Positions 1 through 13,975 of a stretch of 64,000 nt of DNA are shown here, one piece after another (the stretch's first letter is position 1; every line of letters starts with the position of its first letter). The stretch is taken from NCBI RefSeq assembly GCF_006345805.1, contig NC_043013.1, positions 20,646,001 through 20,710,000 of the forward strand. The letters run 5' to 3'. The notes below the pieces were generated by a model. The model was not told where the DNA came from and ran no database searches. It saw only the letters and a list, made by a program, of their open reading frames with translations. This DNA comes from Octopus sinensis (lineage: Eukaryota). The position numbers and the translations under genes were made by a program.

Positions 1-2635
1 TAAAAACGTTATGTAAGTTGTTGTTTTTTGTTATGTTATTTCGAGTGACATACCGTCTGTCTTGAGTCTAAAAATGACGAAGAAATATGAAGATGTCTAA
101 ACTAAGAATTCACTGAGTAACCTTCTCCCTCCCACTCTTTCTCTTTTCTCTCTCGATCCTCAGAGAAAATCATCAGATTTATGTGTCAATTAATTAACGT
201 AATTAGACAATAACATCTGCAATCAATTACATGATACATTAAGCAAGAGAATCTGCAACAGATCTTTCTAATTTGACAATTCCACCTGTTCTGCTATTTC
301 TAACACCATGAGTTGTTGCTGCTGCTGCTGCTGCTTATTTCTATGGAAATTCTTCGATTCACTGCACCAATGCATCACTTGCACAATTCGGTGCAACGAA
401 GGTATCCGTTTAATACAAAGACAGTGTATGTAGAATGTTTTATGGAATGGTTCTACCTAATGTGTTTCAAACAATTACCCCGGTTACAAACCTAAAAATA
501 GCAGGCAAATCTACCTCAAATTGTTCTTACTTTTAAGTGGTAAGGAACGTTTCGCCTATACAGAAAATATTGCAACTATGGGCAGGTAGTACGCTGCTGG
601 AATACTCTTGAGCGTACTATATTGTTACTATTGTGACTATAATTTCCCGACCAGAAGTTAATTCGAATCCAGCTTTCTTGGAATTGTAAGGACATGCAAG
701 TTTCTTTCATCACAACTAGGTACACAACCCACAGAAGAGGACGAACGAAATGACAGCAATGGCCATCAGTTCATTATATTAAGTACACTGTTACTAGGAT
801 CACATTATACGTCATCTGTTTTCTAAGAGTGTAAAGTATTATTTGAGGAGAATCTGGTTGTAACTAGAACTAGGTAGCTACATCGAGAACTGGATGTGAA
901 ATCTGAGGGAGACTGTCTATTATAACTACCAAGTTGATCAACCGTATAATCTTTACAATTCTTTCGATAAAGCACTAAGATATGTTTGTTACAGATGTTT
1001 TTCAAGTTTTCTCAGTTTTGACTTGAACGAATATCCTTGTCAGACTTCTTGACACAAGAATAGTGGCTCTGCTGTTATTTTATATTGTAGTTACAGGTTC
1101 GAGAATATAACAGTTTACTTTGGGGTTATTTAGGCCCATGTCATCCCTTACTAAAAAGCTCTATAATCAAATAACATCCACTAGTCCTCACCTTATGTCT
1201 TTTTTAATCTTCTACATGGTTTATGTTATTTTCTAAATCCAACAAAAACCAGCTAACCGACAATTCGTCGTTCGAGAAGTACCAGAGTCACAGGACAGAG
1301 ATTACGTATTCTGTCGCCATTTTACATTAGCTGCTCTCGCTTGGCCAAATCTGACTTGAAGGCAATTAAGTCATTTCCAGCAACTCTGAGACCTTTTCAC
1401 AAATTTTCAGCTAGTTCCAATTGAATATCTGGCATTTACCGAATGTTCATTCCATGACTATATGTGGCTAAATTCTTTGCAGGCTACAGGAATGGGGAAT
1501 GTTATGAAACTTTTCTCTTTTTTTTTGTCTTTCAATATTTTTCGGATTTCTTAACATCTACAGAACGGAAGTCTTTGATCAAGCATTTGTTTTCGTTTTG
1601 CTTCTTTGATGACAATCCCCCTGATGTCTTGAGAAACCAGGTTAGTGGGTCTCAGATAACTTTGTTGTATATCGACGTATTTCGTTCTATGTTGCAGTCT
1701 ATATGTTCTTTGTCTGTAACCTGGCATATATTGACAGTAAATATCAAAGAGATTAAGAACGGACCTTGTGGGGGATCAAGGAAAACAATTATTGAGTTAA
1801 CCAAAGAACGGAAATGATCGCCAAATCTACACAGAATAACTATTCTTTGTACGCACGCATGTAGACACATATGCATGCATACTCAAAAACACCAAACAGA
1901 GTATTCTTGCTAGACGTGTATCCATGCATGTGTGTGTACTGACAAATATATATGCATGCATACACACACATGCGCGTACTCACACATGCGCGTACACACA
2001 CATGCGCTCACACACACATGCGCTCACACACATAATGTACGCGTATGCACACACATATATGTATAATAAAATTTGTTTTGCCTGACGGCTTATTCAACCA
2101 ACATATTTAAGTAAACATATTTCTCATGAAGGAAATTTAGCCCGCTTATGTTGTATGGAGGATGAGGTGTAGATCTTTGCTGTAGAGAGTAATATTTTCT
2201 TTGTTCTTTAGGCAGCAATTAATTTTCCATTACATATCCCTGACTGTTTGGCAGCAAGTTTACAGCGACAATGAACCTGTTACTGAAAAGAAAACAAATA
2301 TAAAGACATCTAAATAATACACAATGTGATGTAATTTAGAAATAAGACACCAATTATTCAGTGGTTTGATTGTAATGAAGCGATTAGTTTCCCTGTAAAT
2401 ATAGAAAAAGAAGACACATAAAAGTGAATATAGAAAAAAAAAAAGCCTTATTTATGTTAGTTATGAATAAATTTCAGGCGTAAACTTGAAATATTACATG
2501 AAAAGAATATTTATGGAGGTGAAATGAGAAAATTGACAGGGTGTGGAATAGAAAAAGATATCGAGAGGTTAATATGTTCTAGTGATATATGCAAAAGAGT
2601 TTAAAGAGCAATATCTGAGAGATTTTATACTTCAG

Positions 2636-2701
<66 letters not shown>

Positions 2702-3056
2702 CACATATCGATTAACGAAATTAATGCTCTCTTTTTATTTTGCTAACTGAAACTTCGCTTTCAGAGAAAGTTAAAACAGTTTTTTTTTTCCTGCAGATAA
2801 TTTCTTTTAATTATTGAATGAAATATATACATGTATTTACAACACAGTTGTTAACCTATCCTACTCCCGCATACGCAGACAAAATACTTCATTCCAACAT
2901 AATTTTCTGTAGCTCAATGAAAACGTATTCCTACATTATAGGGAAAAGCTAACTTTGTATAAAAGTACATGTCACCATATTTAGTTTAAACAAGTTAAAA
3001 AAAAAAAAAACATGAAACGAGAAAAAAGCAGATACCACAGTTTTGTTAGATTTTTC

Positions 3057-3150
<94 letters not shown>

Positions 3151-3524
3151 GAAGAAAAAGGTATCACGAATCTAGTCGCTTCACTCTCTTCTTCGGAATG
3201 TTTATTTCATGTTCCTCCAATGATTCAGCACCTCACTCATGGATCTGCTAACTTTTTTGTTTGTTCAAAACGTGGCTCGTTTTATGAAAATCGCTTCAAG
3301 TGTATTAGATAAATGATTAAAATTACGAAATATCGTCGCTATCTGAATTGGGCGCATGCAGTTTGGTTAGTTCCTTAAGGCGTTAACACGTGAGGGTTTC
3401 AATATCAGTTTGGAATAAATCTTAGTATTTGTCTTCACCAATCTCTTCCATTTCTGTTACCATTTCTACAAAACAATTCTTGATCGGCCCCGTTCTGAGG
3501 TTGTACTGAAATATATTTTTGTTT

Positions 3525-3885
3525 ATTTACTTGTTTCAGTCTGTAGACTATGGTCATGCTGGGGCACCACCCTGAAGGGTTTGGACGAACGAATGAACCC
3601 TAGTACTTAACTCTGGTACGTATTCTATTTTTTCATTTATTGAAATGCTAAGTTACAGGGACATAAAAGCACCAGCAACGGTCGTCAAGTGGTGGTAGAG
3701 GACAAACGCACATACACACACACACAAATATATATAAGCACACATACGACTGGCTTCTTTCAGTTTCCTCTACCAAATCCACTCACAAGGCTTTCGTCGG
3801 CCGAAACTATTGTAGAAGACAGTAGCCAAAGGTCCCATGTAGTGAGACTGAAGAATGTGGTTGGGAAACAAACTTCTCCCCACAC
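3525..3885 (-). mobile_element. SINE family B, degenerate near-full copy
   Basis: Reverse complement of the 30586-30910 copy (tttacttgtttcagtc...ggcttctttcagtttcc...caaatccactcacaaggcttt). Confidence 0.8.
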
Positions 3886-3995
3886 TTCCAAACCACAATG
3901 AGAAATATATTTGTCTTTTTACCTGAAATCTTTAATAATTTCAATTACAAACATTATTATACACATAATCCCAGATTTCTTTGACTAATTAACTG

Positions 3996-4316
3996 GCGCT
4001 CTATCGGTTACGACGATGAGGGTTCCAGTTGATCTGATCAATAGAACAGCTTGCTCGTGAAATTAACGTGAAAGTGGCTGAGCACTCCACAGACACGCGT
4101 ATCTTTAACGTAATTCTCAGGGATATTCGGCGTGAAACATAACGTATAAAGGTTAATTCTTTGAATTATTGGTACTACTCGCTTTTGCCAGCTGAGTGGA
4201 TTGGAACAACGTTAAATAAAGTGTCTTACTCAAGGGCATAATGTACTACCTGGAATCGAACTCACGGCCTTACGATCGTGAGCCAAATACCCTAACCACT
4301 AGGCTACGCGCCTTCA
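3996..4316 (-). mobile_element. Older relative of tRNA-derived SINE family A
   Basis: Shares the 3' tail (ggttacgacga..agggttcc..gctcgtgaaattaacgtg..gtggctgagcactccacagacac) and tRNA-like head (ggaatcgaa...ccctaaccact) with the 29708, 34121 and 54661 copies; the middle differs. Confidence 0.8.
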
Positions 4317-5832
4317 CTTTGATTAATGAATGTTTAACACCATTCTTTACAATCAACTGCAAAGATAAGTTTTCAAATCGTAAAAAATAATTTCCTAATT
4401 TATAGTCCATAAGAGTACTCTTGTGTTTGCTAGAATGAAAATGAGTTTAAATAGTACACACACTTGAAGTGAATCAAGAGTTCAAGAATATAAACAACTA
4501 AATGTGCCTAGGGCACATCCGATTCTGTTATCGATTTTGTTATCGATTTTGTTAATATTTTCTTACTTTTGACAGCTTGGTAGAAATATCCAAACCACTA
4601 TACTGTACACAAATCGTGTGTAAGCAAAAATATTTTGTTAGTTTTCCAGGTAAGTGGTGAACTCGATTAGGACATGCCCTTCATTACTCTTAAATCTACA
4701 GCTTAAATTTCAAACCTCTGCTGCCATACCAAAAATTTGAGTTATCTTTTGCCAGTATATACTTAACATGTTCCCTCTTCCCGTCTGAATTAGGTTTTAG
4801 AGGGTAAAAGTTTCCAAAGTAGCCTACATTGTTCTCCATTGAAAATTGGGCTTGAAGAATTACACGTTGAACATCAGAAAAATTTTGCATATTTTGACAG
4901 TTCCGTCTACAGATTTTATGTGCGAATTGGCTGTTTACTGCTCCTCTGCTTAATCCTTAAATTCCGGTTTTTTCTAAATTCTCATTTAGAATAGAAATCT
5001 TTAAAGTAAACATTAATAAGCATTTGGGAGAGATGTATGTAAGCATGATGTGTAAATACAGTAATAAAATATATAGGTGTTTGTAGTTATGAGGTAATGT
5101 GTGTATATATGAGTATATTGTATGTATAATAGTGTTTCTGTTTGCATGTTTATGTGTAAGCATGTACACGCGAATACGTGTAAACATGTGTACAGAAATA
5201 TATGTACATATATGTGTGTGTGTGTGTGTGTGTGTAAACTTGTATATATGTATGCATGCACAAATAAATATTTTTTTTATTGTATCTCGGGTGCTTCAAG
5301 CACTTTCAAATCTCTGATGCTTATTAGGTGTTTAGTAGATATCTCTTGCTCTTGGCTTGCGAAAACATTTTTAAAAATGTGATATAGTCGAATGCCGGAG
5401 CAAGGGTAAATATGGGAAATGTGAGTGGAAATATGTGCTTATTTGTGTCCTAATGCACACACACACACACACACACAATTCTCACGCGCGTACGCACACA
5501 CACCAACGCACACATATAAACATATATATATATATATATATATATAAACAGTACTTGGAGAAAAAGAAACGAAACGAAACGAACGAATCGAATCGACGCG
5601 AGGCCGCTCAGTCATACAATAGTGTAATAAATAAAATATATGCATACACACATACATATATGTACGTACCTACATCTACATGTATATATACATGCATATA
5701 TAAATATATATACGTGAGTACAGGACACCACAAATAGACGTAGAACTCAACGAGAAACGAAAACGGAAAAACAAGCATGGAACAGACAAATTTCTTTTTT
5801 TTTTTAGATAGATAGATAGATAGATAAAGATA

Positions 5833-6466
5833 TACGAGGTCTAATCAATAAGTATCCGGACTGTTGGCCTACTAGCAGAGTAAAACCGATTTGCACAGAT
5901 TGACATTAAACTCCACTGTTCATGCACACTAAGTTTTAACGTACTAGCTCACTTCCGCTGTTACAGCTGTGCTTGGAAGGAAGGTGTGTAGAGTGTGACC
6001 GTCGTATTGAGCATGACAGAGAAGGTTGAGCAGAGAATCTCACGGATGGAGATTCGAGAATAGCTTCACGCATATCTGTAATGCTTTTTCCCAGTTCTGT
6101 AGGCTGCAGGTCTCCCAGAATGTTCGTCAAAATCGACATTTTTCGGTCATCTTGGAAACTCCTAAGCCACTCGTACACTTGCGTGCGGCTCATATACTCC
6201 TCTCCATACACATTTGACAACTTTGCATAGGATTCTGAGTAAGTATCGCCATGACAGCTTGCTCTGTCATGGTCAGTGCGACGATTACACACTATACATT
6301 TTCTTTCCAAGTACTGTAGTAAACTGTGGAAGGGAGCTTGAACGTTAGAGCTTAGTGCGCATGTACAGTAGAGTCCAAAATCAATCTTTGCCTAGTGGCT
6401 TCACTCTGCGTGCTTTAGCGCTGCTACTATGGCAACATTCAGGATACCTATTGATCAAACCTCGTG
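5833..6466. mobile_element. Non-autonomous mariner derivative (fold-back of two transposase 5' ends)
   Basis: Imperfect TIRs cgaggtctaatcaataagtatccggactgttg / caacattcaggatacctattgatcaaacctcg with TA at the left end. Plus strand reads MTEKVEQRI; minus strand reads GDTYSESYAKLSNVYGEEYMSRTQVYEWLRSFQD (mariner N-terminal HTH). Confidence 0.85.
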
Positions 6467-6507
<41 letters not shown>

Positions 6508-7357
6508 GTTCATATCGAACTTTGGAATTGAGTGCTGGGTAAATATCCATTAATTATGGATACACAAGGCAACCAACGGTTTCACATGGAAAATCATATA
6601 CACAAACAATTGAAACCATTAGCTGCCTTGTTACTCCATAAATAAAATAGGCGAGCATGAAGTGGCATACGTTTTCTTGCCATCCTTACCGATTGATTGT
6701 TTATTGTGACCTAATACCTGCTTTGCAGCAGAGCCACAAAAGATATATATTAAAAACCAACACATCTATATTCCTGGATTTATGCATATCAGAGAATTGT
6801 CACCTGGCATTGTCGACTTCGGCAGTAAAGCTCGAAACGAAACGTTATTACTTATGAAAGTAGCAGTTAGACGCCCACTGGCCTTTTTCTACCATCCGCT
6901 AAGTAATATTAACACACTAGACTTCGAAATTTGTGTACTTTTTTCTGATATGTTACATCAAATTTCCTTCTCTATCTTTTGTGTGTCTAATAACACAGTC
7001 GTAAAATAAATTTTGAATAATAGCAGGCTATTATGGATAGTATTGCAATTTATGAAGAAATCAAGTATTATATTGAATTAACTTAGCCACAAAGATGGCC
7101 TCAGGATATCTTATATATATATATACATATCAGAAGATTTCGTAACTTAGTATGACAGCGATCTGGAATGTACACCTAGTGTGTTTTGGAAAAAAGGTCC
7201 TATTGAAAACTTACTGTGCATATGAACACATAATTACGCGATTTTACAATTTATTTTCCTTCCGTTACTTTTCCGTGTGTGCGTATGTGTGCGTGTTTGT
7301 GTGCGTGTGCGTACGTGCGCGCACGTATAATATTATTGTCATCATTATCATTATCAA

Positions 7358-7740
7358 GGCGGCGAGCTGGCAGAAACGTTAGCACGCTTAGCAGTATTTC
7401 GTCTCCGTTACGTTCTGAGTTCAAATTCTGCCGAGGTCGACTTTGCCTTTCATCCCTTCGGGGTCGATTAAATAAATATCAGTTACGCACTGGGGTCGAT
7501 ATAATCGACTCAATCTATATGTCTGTCCTTGTTTGTCCTCTCTGTGTTTAGCCCCTTGTGCTTAGTAAATAAATAGGTATTTCGCTTGCAGCTACATTCT
7601 GAGTTCAAACTCTGCCAAGGTCGACTTTGCTGTTCATCCTATCGGGGACGATAAATTAAGTACAAGTTGCGTACTGGGGTCGATCTCGTTGACTGACACT
7701 GCCCCCAAATTTCAGGCCTAGTGCTGTAGTAGAAAGGATT
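7358..7740 (+). mobile_element. SINE family C (Meta-domain-like core), core duplicated, (TTA)n tail
   Basis: ggcggcgagctggcagaaacgttagc head, then gaggtcgactttgcctttcatcccttcggggtcgat core present twice; homologous to the copies at 9808, 16560, 30321 and 41057. Confidence 0.8.
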
Positions 7741-7757
7741 ATTATTATTATTATTAT

Positions 7758-7808
<51 letters not shown>

Positions 7809-7845
7809 GTTTATTATAATAATAATTATTATTATTGTTATTATT

Positions 7846-8256
7846 GTCTTTGCACAGTTTCTAACGCTGGAGATGTACTACATTGTCAGCTGTTCACTAC
7901 CAGTGAACTAAGGGAACACCTCTCATTTTTCGAGCACCTTCCGAAGTATTCGTGTGGTTCCAAGAAATGCTGTTTTCTGCAAGTGTTTCAACCTTATTGC
8001 AGACTCTGTTTGTTCCATATACTTCTCGAGATTTTTACTCACTGTTCCCATTGCACCGACAATTATTGGTACTACTGCTACCTTTTTCATCGACCACAAC
8101 TGCTTAACTTCCCAAGCTAACCTGTCATAAGTCTCGACTTTTCTTTCTTCCTTATCGCATACTTTGTTGTCAGCTGGGCATGCTATATCTATGATCCACC
8201 ATAGTTTGTTTTCTTTCTCAGTTAAGACTATGCCCGGCTTCCTATTTTCTATCTCA
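7846..8256 (-). mobile_element. 3' fragment of an R4/Dong-like non-LTR retrotransposon (RLE endonuclease C-terminus)
   Basis: Minus strand translates to RKPGIVLTEKENKLWWIIDIACPADNKVCDKEERKVETYDRLAWEVKQLWSMKKVAVVPIIVGAMGTV...LQKTAFLGTTRILRKVLEK*; the 3' end abuts a (TAA)n array. Confidence 0.85.
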
Positions 8257-8304
8257 AATATATTATAATTAGAAATTAAAATTTTTTCTAGACAGTCTAG
8301 GGTC

Positions 8305-8625
8305 TATTATGGTTCTCAACCATTTTTTATCTATGAAACTCTTTGATTGCTATTTTATTTGGTGGGTCTCCTCTTAGCTATTTGATATTTAAAAACTAGT
8401 TTTATAGCGACTTCTTTCATAATTCCTATTTTGTTTTTCACTCATTGACTTGTAGAGGTTAATGCATGTAAAATGTTAGAGAAAGAATCCCATCGGCTTC
8501 TTGCAATGGACACATTTAAATCAAAACTGTACATGGACATTTAAAATACTGCTGTGGATCCCCGGTTGACTATGTTGATAGCGTGGGCTGCCATGGATGA
8601 TATGGACCCCGGTTGGGAACCGGTG
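8305..8625. mobile_element. Degenerate hAT-like MITE
   Basis: Ends tggttctcaacc ... ggttgggaaccggtg resemble CAGTGGTTCTCAACC-type TIRs; a related copy lies at 29248-29492. Confidence 0.5.
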
Positions 8626-9055
8626 GTGTAGACTATAATAATTGCTCTTTCAGTGAAACTTATTTGATCCCAATGAATTAGTAAGTAGTTTTCTTCATTA
8701 GAGTATAAATAAAAACTTTCTAATAGAGTATTATCTTAATTTAAAGCAGCCACATACCTTAGCTTGGTGAAAAAATAATTAAATAATGTACTATAAATGA
8801 AGAATGATTCCAAACATTCGGTCAGTAACATATCGGCTATTAATGTATGCGTATCAGTTCTATGTGTGAAGGCATGCGTGTAAATGCAGCTATGAAATAT
8901 TCAGGTCTTTGCATTTAACATGTAATCTGTGTGAGAGAATATATATTGTGTATGCAATAGCATTTCTCTTTGCTAACCTAAATGTATAGTCACATCCTAC
9001 TTAACCTTTTCTAGGTCTATATATATGTGTGTGGACATACATACATACACACACG

Positions 9056-9144
<89 letters not shown>

Positions 9145-9317
9145 CACACACACAAAGGCGTTATATATTCCCATGCGCGTGTGTGTTCATGTAATGTTTT
9201 GTGGTGAACAGCACTGCCTTACAACCCGTCGCACTTGTTAACTTCTATGGGAGAGAATATAGAGTAGAGAAGCACGGGGAAGATAATATTAGCAAAGATA
9301 TATCTTTTATGTTTGAT

Positions 9318-9510
9318 CTTTTACTTGTTTCAGCCATTTGACTGCGGCCATACTGGAGCACTGCCTTGAGAGATTTTAGTCGAACAAATCGATCTCGGAA
9401 CACTTTTTCAAGATCAGTACTTATTCTATCGGTCTCTTTTGTCGAATGGCTAATGTACAGGAACGTAAACACACCAACACCTGTTGTCAAGTTGCGCACA
9501 CAAGGATACA
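9318..9510 (-). mobile_element. SINE family B, 3' half
   Basis: tttacttgtttcagccatttgactgcggcc...gtacttattctatcggtctctttt, as in the 39556 and 44712 copies. Confidence 0.75.
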
Positions 9511-9640
9511 AATCTTAGAACAGAATGAAGTAATTGGAGGAGAAAAAAAAAGAAACATGCGGAAACGCAAAGTGTCGCTGAAGAGGTCATAGATGTGTAA
9601 CGAAAGATTTCCGGACAGTGGAAATAATAAAATAAGTTAA

Positions 9641-9683
<43 letters not shown>

Positions 9684-9807
9684 TAAAATAATAAAATAAG
9701 AACAGTAATAAACGAGTGAAGAAAAAATATATTTTACATGTGTTTATTTGGCAACAACAACAAAAAAATGACCGTCCCGAAATAGAACAATATGTATATA
9801 TAGTTTC

Positions 9808-10027
9808 CATTTCAAATTTTGGCCTTAGGACCAGCAATTTTAGGGGAGAGGTAAGTCGGTTACATTCACCCCACTATTCAATTTGTACTTATTTTTTTAT
9901 CGTTTCCGGAGGAAGGGATGAATGGAAAAGTCGACTTCGGGGGAAATTTAAATTCAGAACGAGAAGACGGACGAGATGCCGTTAAGCATTTCGCCCAGAG
10001 TGCAAACGATTCTTCTAGCTCGTAGCC
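9808..10027 (-). mobile_element. SINE family C, degenerate
   Basis: ggatgaatggaaaagtcgacttcggggg aaatttaaattcagaacg is a reverse-complement match to the 7358 core. Confidence 0.65.
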
Positions 10028-10089
<62 letters not shown>

Positions 10090-10537
10090 TGTGTGTGCGT
10101 GTGTAAAGGCAGTTAGTTGTAGTTATGTGCATATGTGTAATATGTGCGTATACACTTACTGAAACATTCACTCATACACTTACTGAAACATTCACTCATA
10201 CACTTACACACACACACACACACACACACAGAGACAAGGTGGAAGCATTGTATGATTTCTAACTGGTTTCATTTTCCAAACCAACGCCTCCAGCCCCGGT
10301 TCCGTATATATCACTAATTTCCATTGACATTCGCACCAGGAAAATATATTTTTTCTATTTGCATATCAATCACGTGCCAAGTCTAAATACTCAGAGTAGT
10401 CCATTGTAGTTATTAATTCGGTTTATACACACACACGTACACACACACACACACACACATATATCATCCACACACAACCAAACGCTCGCACGTACACTCT
10501 CACATACTTACATTCTCTCTCTCTCTATCTCTCTCTT

Positions 10538-10573
<36 letters not shown>

Positions 10574-10779
10574 ACGCACACACACACAAACATTCTTATA
10601 CACACACTTATGTATGTCTGTATAGTTAAAATCAATTAAAACCTTTCACTTATCGAAACCTGACAATTTCTGATAAACGTTATTTCTAACATTATACATT
10701 GTGTACCTTGTTGTTGTTGTTGTTGCTGCTGATTTTGTTGTTGTTATTGTTGTTATTCTCACTGTCCACACCGCTAACT

Positions 10780-11320
10780 CCACCATTAACATCACCACTA
10801 CTACGACCATCAACACCACCCCCTCCTCCTCCTCCACTACCACCACCACCATTATTAAAGATATAGGCACTGGCATCAACCCACATCACCGCCATCACCA
10901 CTACCGCTGTTATTAAAGATACGGGCACTACCATCATACCACATCACTACTACCATTATCAAAGATATGAGCACCACCATCAAACTACATCACCACCACC
11001 TCTAACATCGACGTAACCACATCCACCGCCACACCCAGAAGCATTAACGCTACTACCGACGCCACCGTCACGAGCACATAAACATCGGTACCGCTAGAAA
11101 CGCCACCACCACCGTAAAGCACCTCCCACCGCTATTCTTAATAGCGATACCATCACCGTACTAGTACCTCCACCATACGTTACCATCAATACCATCACAA
11201 CCACCAAAGCGAACCATTTACTTCTAGCATCGACACAATAAACGCCGTCACCGCAAAAATTTACCACATCAACACCCACCCCGCCCTCGTCCCCATCGAC
11301 ATTACGACGACCACTGATAT
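10780..11320. repeat. ACC-rich low-complexity tract with a degenerate ~50-60-bp unit
   Basis: The motif attat(t/c)aaagata..(g/a)gcac recurs at about 10851, 10910 and 10955 inside caccac repeats. Confidence 0.6.
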
Positions 11321-12589
11321 TAAGAAGATGCTACTTGGTCGCTCAACGTGCTAGAAATAGCAACCAGCTGAAGCGGCTTTGATCGCAGGAATGATTGGTC
11401 ATGTTTGAACGAGGCTTAAACAACGAAGAATGACTCAGATTTTGTTTGCGTGAGTGTGAGTGTGTATGTATGTATGTATGTATGTATATGTGTGAGTGTG
11501 TATATACACGTACACTAACATACAGGCACGCACGCGCTCGCACACACACATATATATATATTTAAGTACATGTATGCTCACCGTGTATGTGTGTGTATGT
11601 GCATGTTTGTATGTCACACATAGACACAGGTAAACACAAGCAAGAATATCTCACAGCCAGAGAATAAACCCGAAACACTCGTAACTATGCACACACACAC
11701 ACACACACACACACAGACGCGCGCGTACACAAACACACACACACACTCACAGAGAAACACGCGCTGACACAAACACACACACACAAGTAGATGAGGTGAC
11801 AAAATCAATATTCATAACAGCAGCATATAGAATTACCTGAGATGGTGATGCAGATGGTGTTATGGTGGTGATGATGTTGTTATGTTGTGGCTGTTCTGTT
11901 GATGGTGGTGTTGGCGGTGTTGTGAAGGTGGTGGTGGTTGTGGTGGTGGTATCAAATTTGATAATGTTGATAGCAGTGTTCTAGTTGTTTTTACCCCCAG
12001 ATCAGCCCTGATCCCACAACCTTGTGCTGAATTATGTGCCATTCTTCAATAACTTGTCTTTTTCTTTTTTGTCATCCACTCTAATATTGAATGCATTTAA
12101 TGGCTATCATTTGGCTGCTATATCAAGCAGATCGAGCTGCAATACATAAACACATATACACACGCACGCAACACACATGCCTTTGTTGTCTTTGTTCAAC
12201 AACTGTTGTTTAGTCCTTGGCAAGCCTTGATTGAACAAGTCTGTCACCATTCTAATTATGCTCAGTCTGTTGTTTACTTTCAGCCTCCGTCAAATACGTT
12301 GTCCAGTGGATTGTTTCTTATGTCGGTGACGCTTAATTTGAGGGAGACGTGATTATTATTTCTAACATGATGAATGAGGAGTTAAATGTTTGGTTGTATT
12401 CTTATAGGTTCCGTTGGTAACCAGAACGATGTAATATTGATCTACAACGTTGCAGTTAAAAACATACGAGTCAATATCCACGTTGGCACTCATCAGGCCA
12501 GGGATCATGTTACTATGTTGTCTCGGGACTCTGGCAGAGATTGTGTCCATATAATTGAGTGTGTATGACTTAGGAGTGAATTATGCTTT

Positions 12590-12900
12590 TGGCAGCTGCA
12601 ATTTTGGGTGACTTCTGTGCAATGTTTTCCAGAGATCTATGGATGAGTGCATAGCAAATAATTGTCTTGAAATCATTTTTCCATCAGTAATTTTCCCTTT
12701 ATTAGATTTTAGGCATTTTATAGACAATTTATCCGCCTAGCTATAGTTTGTCCATTATAACATGTGTGACGTGAACATTCGTATGATTTTACCCTGTCTT
12801 CCGTACGATGACAGCAAATTGAGCCCAGACCTTTGATCATGCAAGCAGCCAGGCAAACTTGTATTTGCTTGTTCAAATATGCTGGCGTTTGCTAAATCGT
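12590..12900 (-). mobile_element. Old LINE (RTE-like) fragment, inverted partner of 14590-14860
   Basis: Reverse complement catatttgaacaagcaaatacaagtttgcctggctgc...ttcacgtcacacatgttat matches catatttgtacaagcaaatacaagttttcctggctgc...ttcacgtcactcatgttat at 14604. Confidence 0.5.
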
Positions 12901-13124
12901 GATCCTCTTTTCGGATGAACAGGAATATTCTTTTTGGAACGGTGGATCAAGAAGCGAATAAAGCTATGAGTAGCATGTAAATCTTCACTCGAAAAAAATT
13001 CGGGTAGAGAAATTCAATGGTTACATTAGAATTATTCTATCCAAAAGGATTTTTCGACTCAAGATTTACTTGCTATTATTTATAGTTTTATGCGCTTCCA
13101 GATCCATTCGCCCAAAAGAAGAAT

Positions 13125-13312
13125 TATATAGAGTTGTTGCTATATGGCAAAAAGTTTGCTTCCCTACCACATGGTTCTGGGTTCAATCCCGTTATGTGGC
13201 TCCTTCAGAAAGTGTTTTCTACAATAGCCTCGGGCCAAAACCAAATCCTTGTGAGATTTCGTAGTCGGAAACTGAAAGAATCCTGTTGTGTGTGTGTATA
13301 TATTTATGTATA
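13125..13312 (+). mobile_element. SINE family B, 5' half
   Basis: gtttgcttccctaccacatggttctgggttcaatccc...ggaaactgaaagaa matches the 30586 copy. Confidence 0.7.
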
Positions 13313-13975
13313 TACTTGGTATGATCAATAAGTAGCCTGATTGTTGCCATAGTAACGAAGCTAAAGCACGCAGAGTGTAGTCGCTTAATCACAGATTGAC
13401 ATTAAACTCTACTGTTCGTGCATACTAAGACTTAACGTTCTAACTCACATCAGCTGTTTACAACTGTGCTTGGAAAGAACGTGTGTAGCGTGTGATGGTC
13501 GCATTGACCATGAAAGAGAGAGTTGAGCAGAGAATCTGCATCAAATTTTGTCAAAAGCTTAGCGATACCTGCTCAGAGGCCTACGCAAAATTTTCAAAAG
13601 ATTTTCATCGTTCTCGACACGATCAAGGAGTGTTCCTTGGTCAGCTGAAAGCGGTTTTGACACAAACTTGGCAGACACGCGTCTGATACCCGAATCTTCA
13701 GTGACAATGAAATGAACTGAGCCATAACTAATCTTCACATCCTCTTATAACTCACGGATGGTGCCTCGACAATTTCCTTTCATAGCTGCACGCACATCCA
13801 CGATGGTTTTTTCTGTTTGCTGGTTGCGAGTCTTTCAGAACTTTTGTCAACATCGACATTTTTCGGCGATCTTAGAAACGTCTGAACTACTCGTACACTT
13901 GTGTGTGGCTCATACACTCCACTCGATACACTTTCTGCAACTGTGTGTAGGCTTCTGAGCAAGTATCGCCAAGAC
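13313..13975. mobile_element. Second fold-back mariner derivative (same family as 5833), right end lost at a (TA)n insertion
   Basis: Left TIR-like atgatcaataagtagcctgattgttgccatagta; plus strand MKERVEQRICIKFCQKLSDTCSEAYAKF; the minus-strand HTH segment parallels 6100-6260. Confidence 0.8.

Noticed and set aside
800-1817. Possible old LINE or coding fragment, including the 117-aa ORF at 1464
   Set aside because: No recognisable motifs, a non-ATG start, and composition like background.
4690-4960. Possible hAT transposase C-terminal remnant (KILHILTVPSTDFMCELA)
   Set aside because: A single weak motif with no TIRs or further collinear similarity.
10151-10207. 24-bp direct repeat (tacacttactgaaacattcactca) x2.4
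   Set aside because: A simple slippage duplication with no spacers; it is not CRISPR-like and the genome is eukaryotic.
10646-11279. Thr/His- or Gly/Val-rich mucin-like ORFs (also 39012-39296)
   Set aside because: Low-complexity ACC/GGT repeats with stops in all frames and no convincing splice context.
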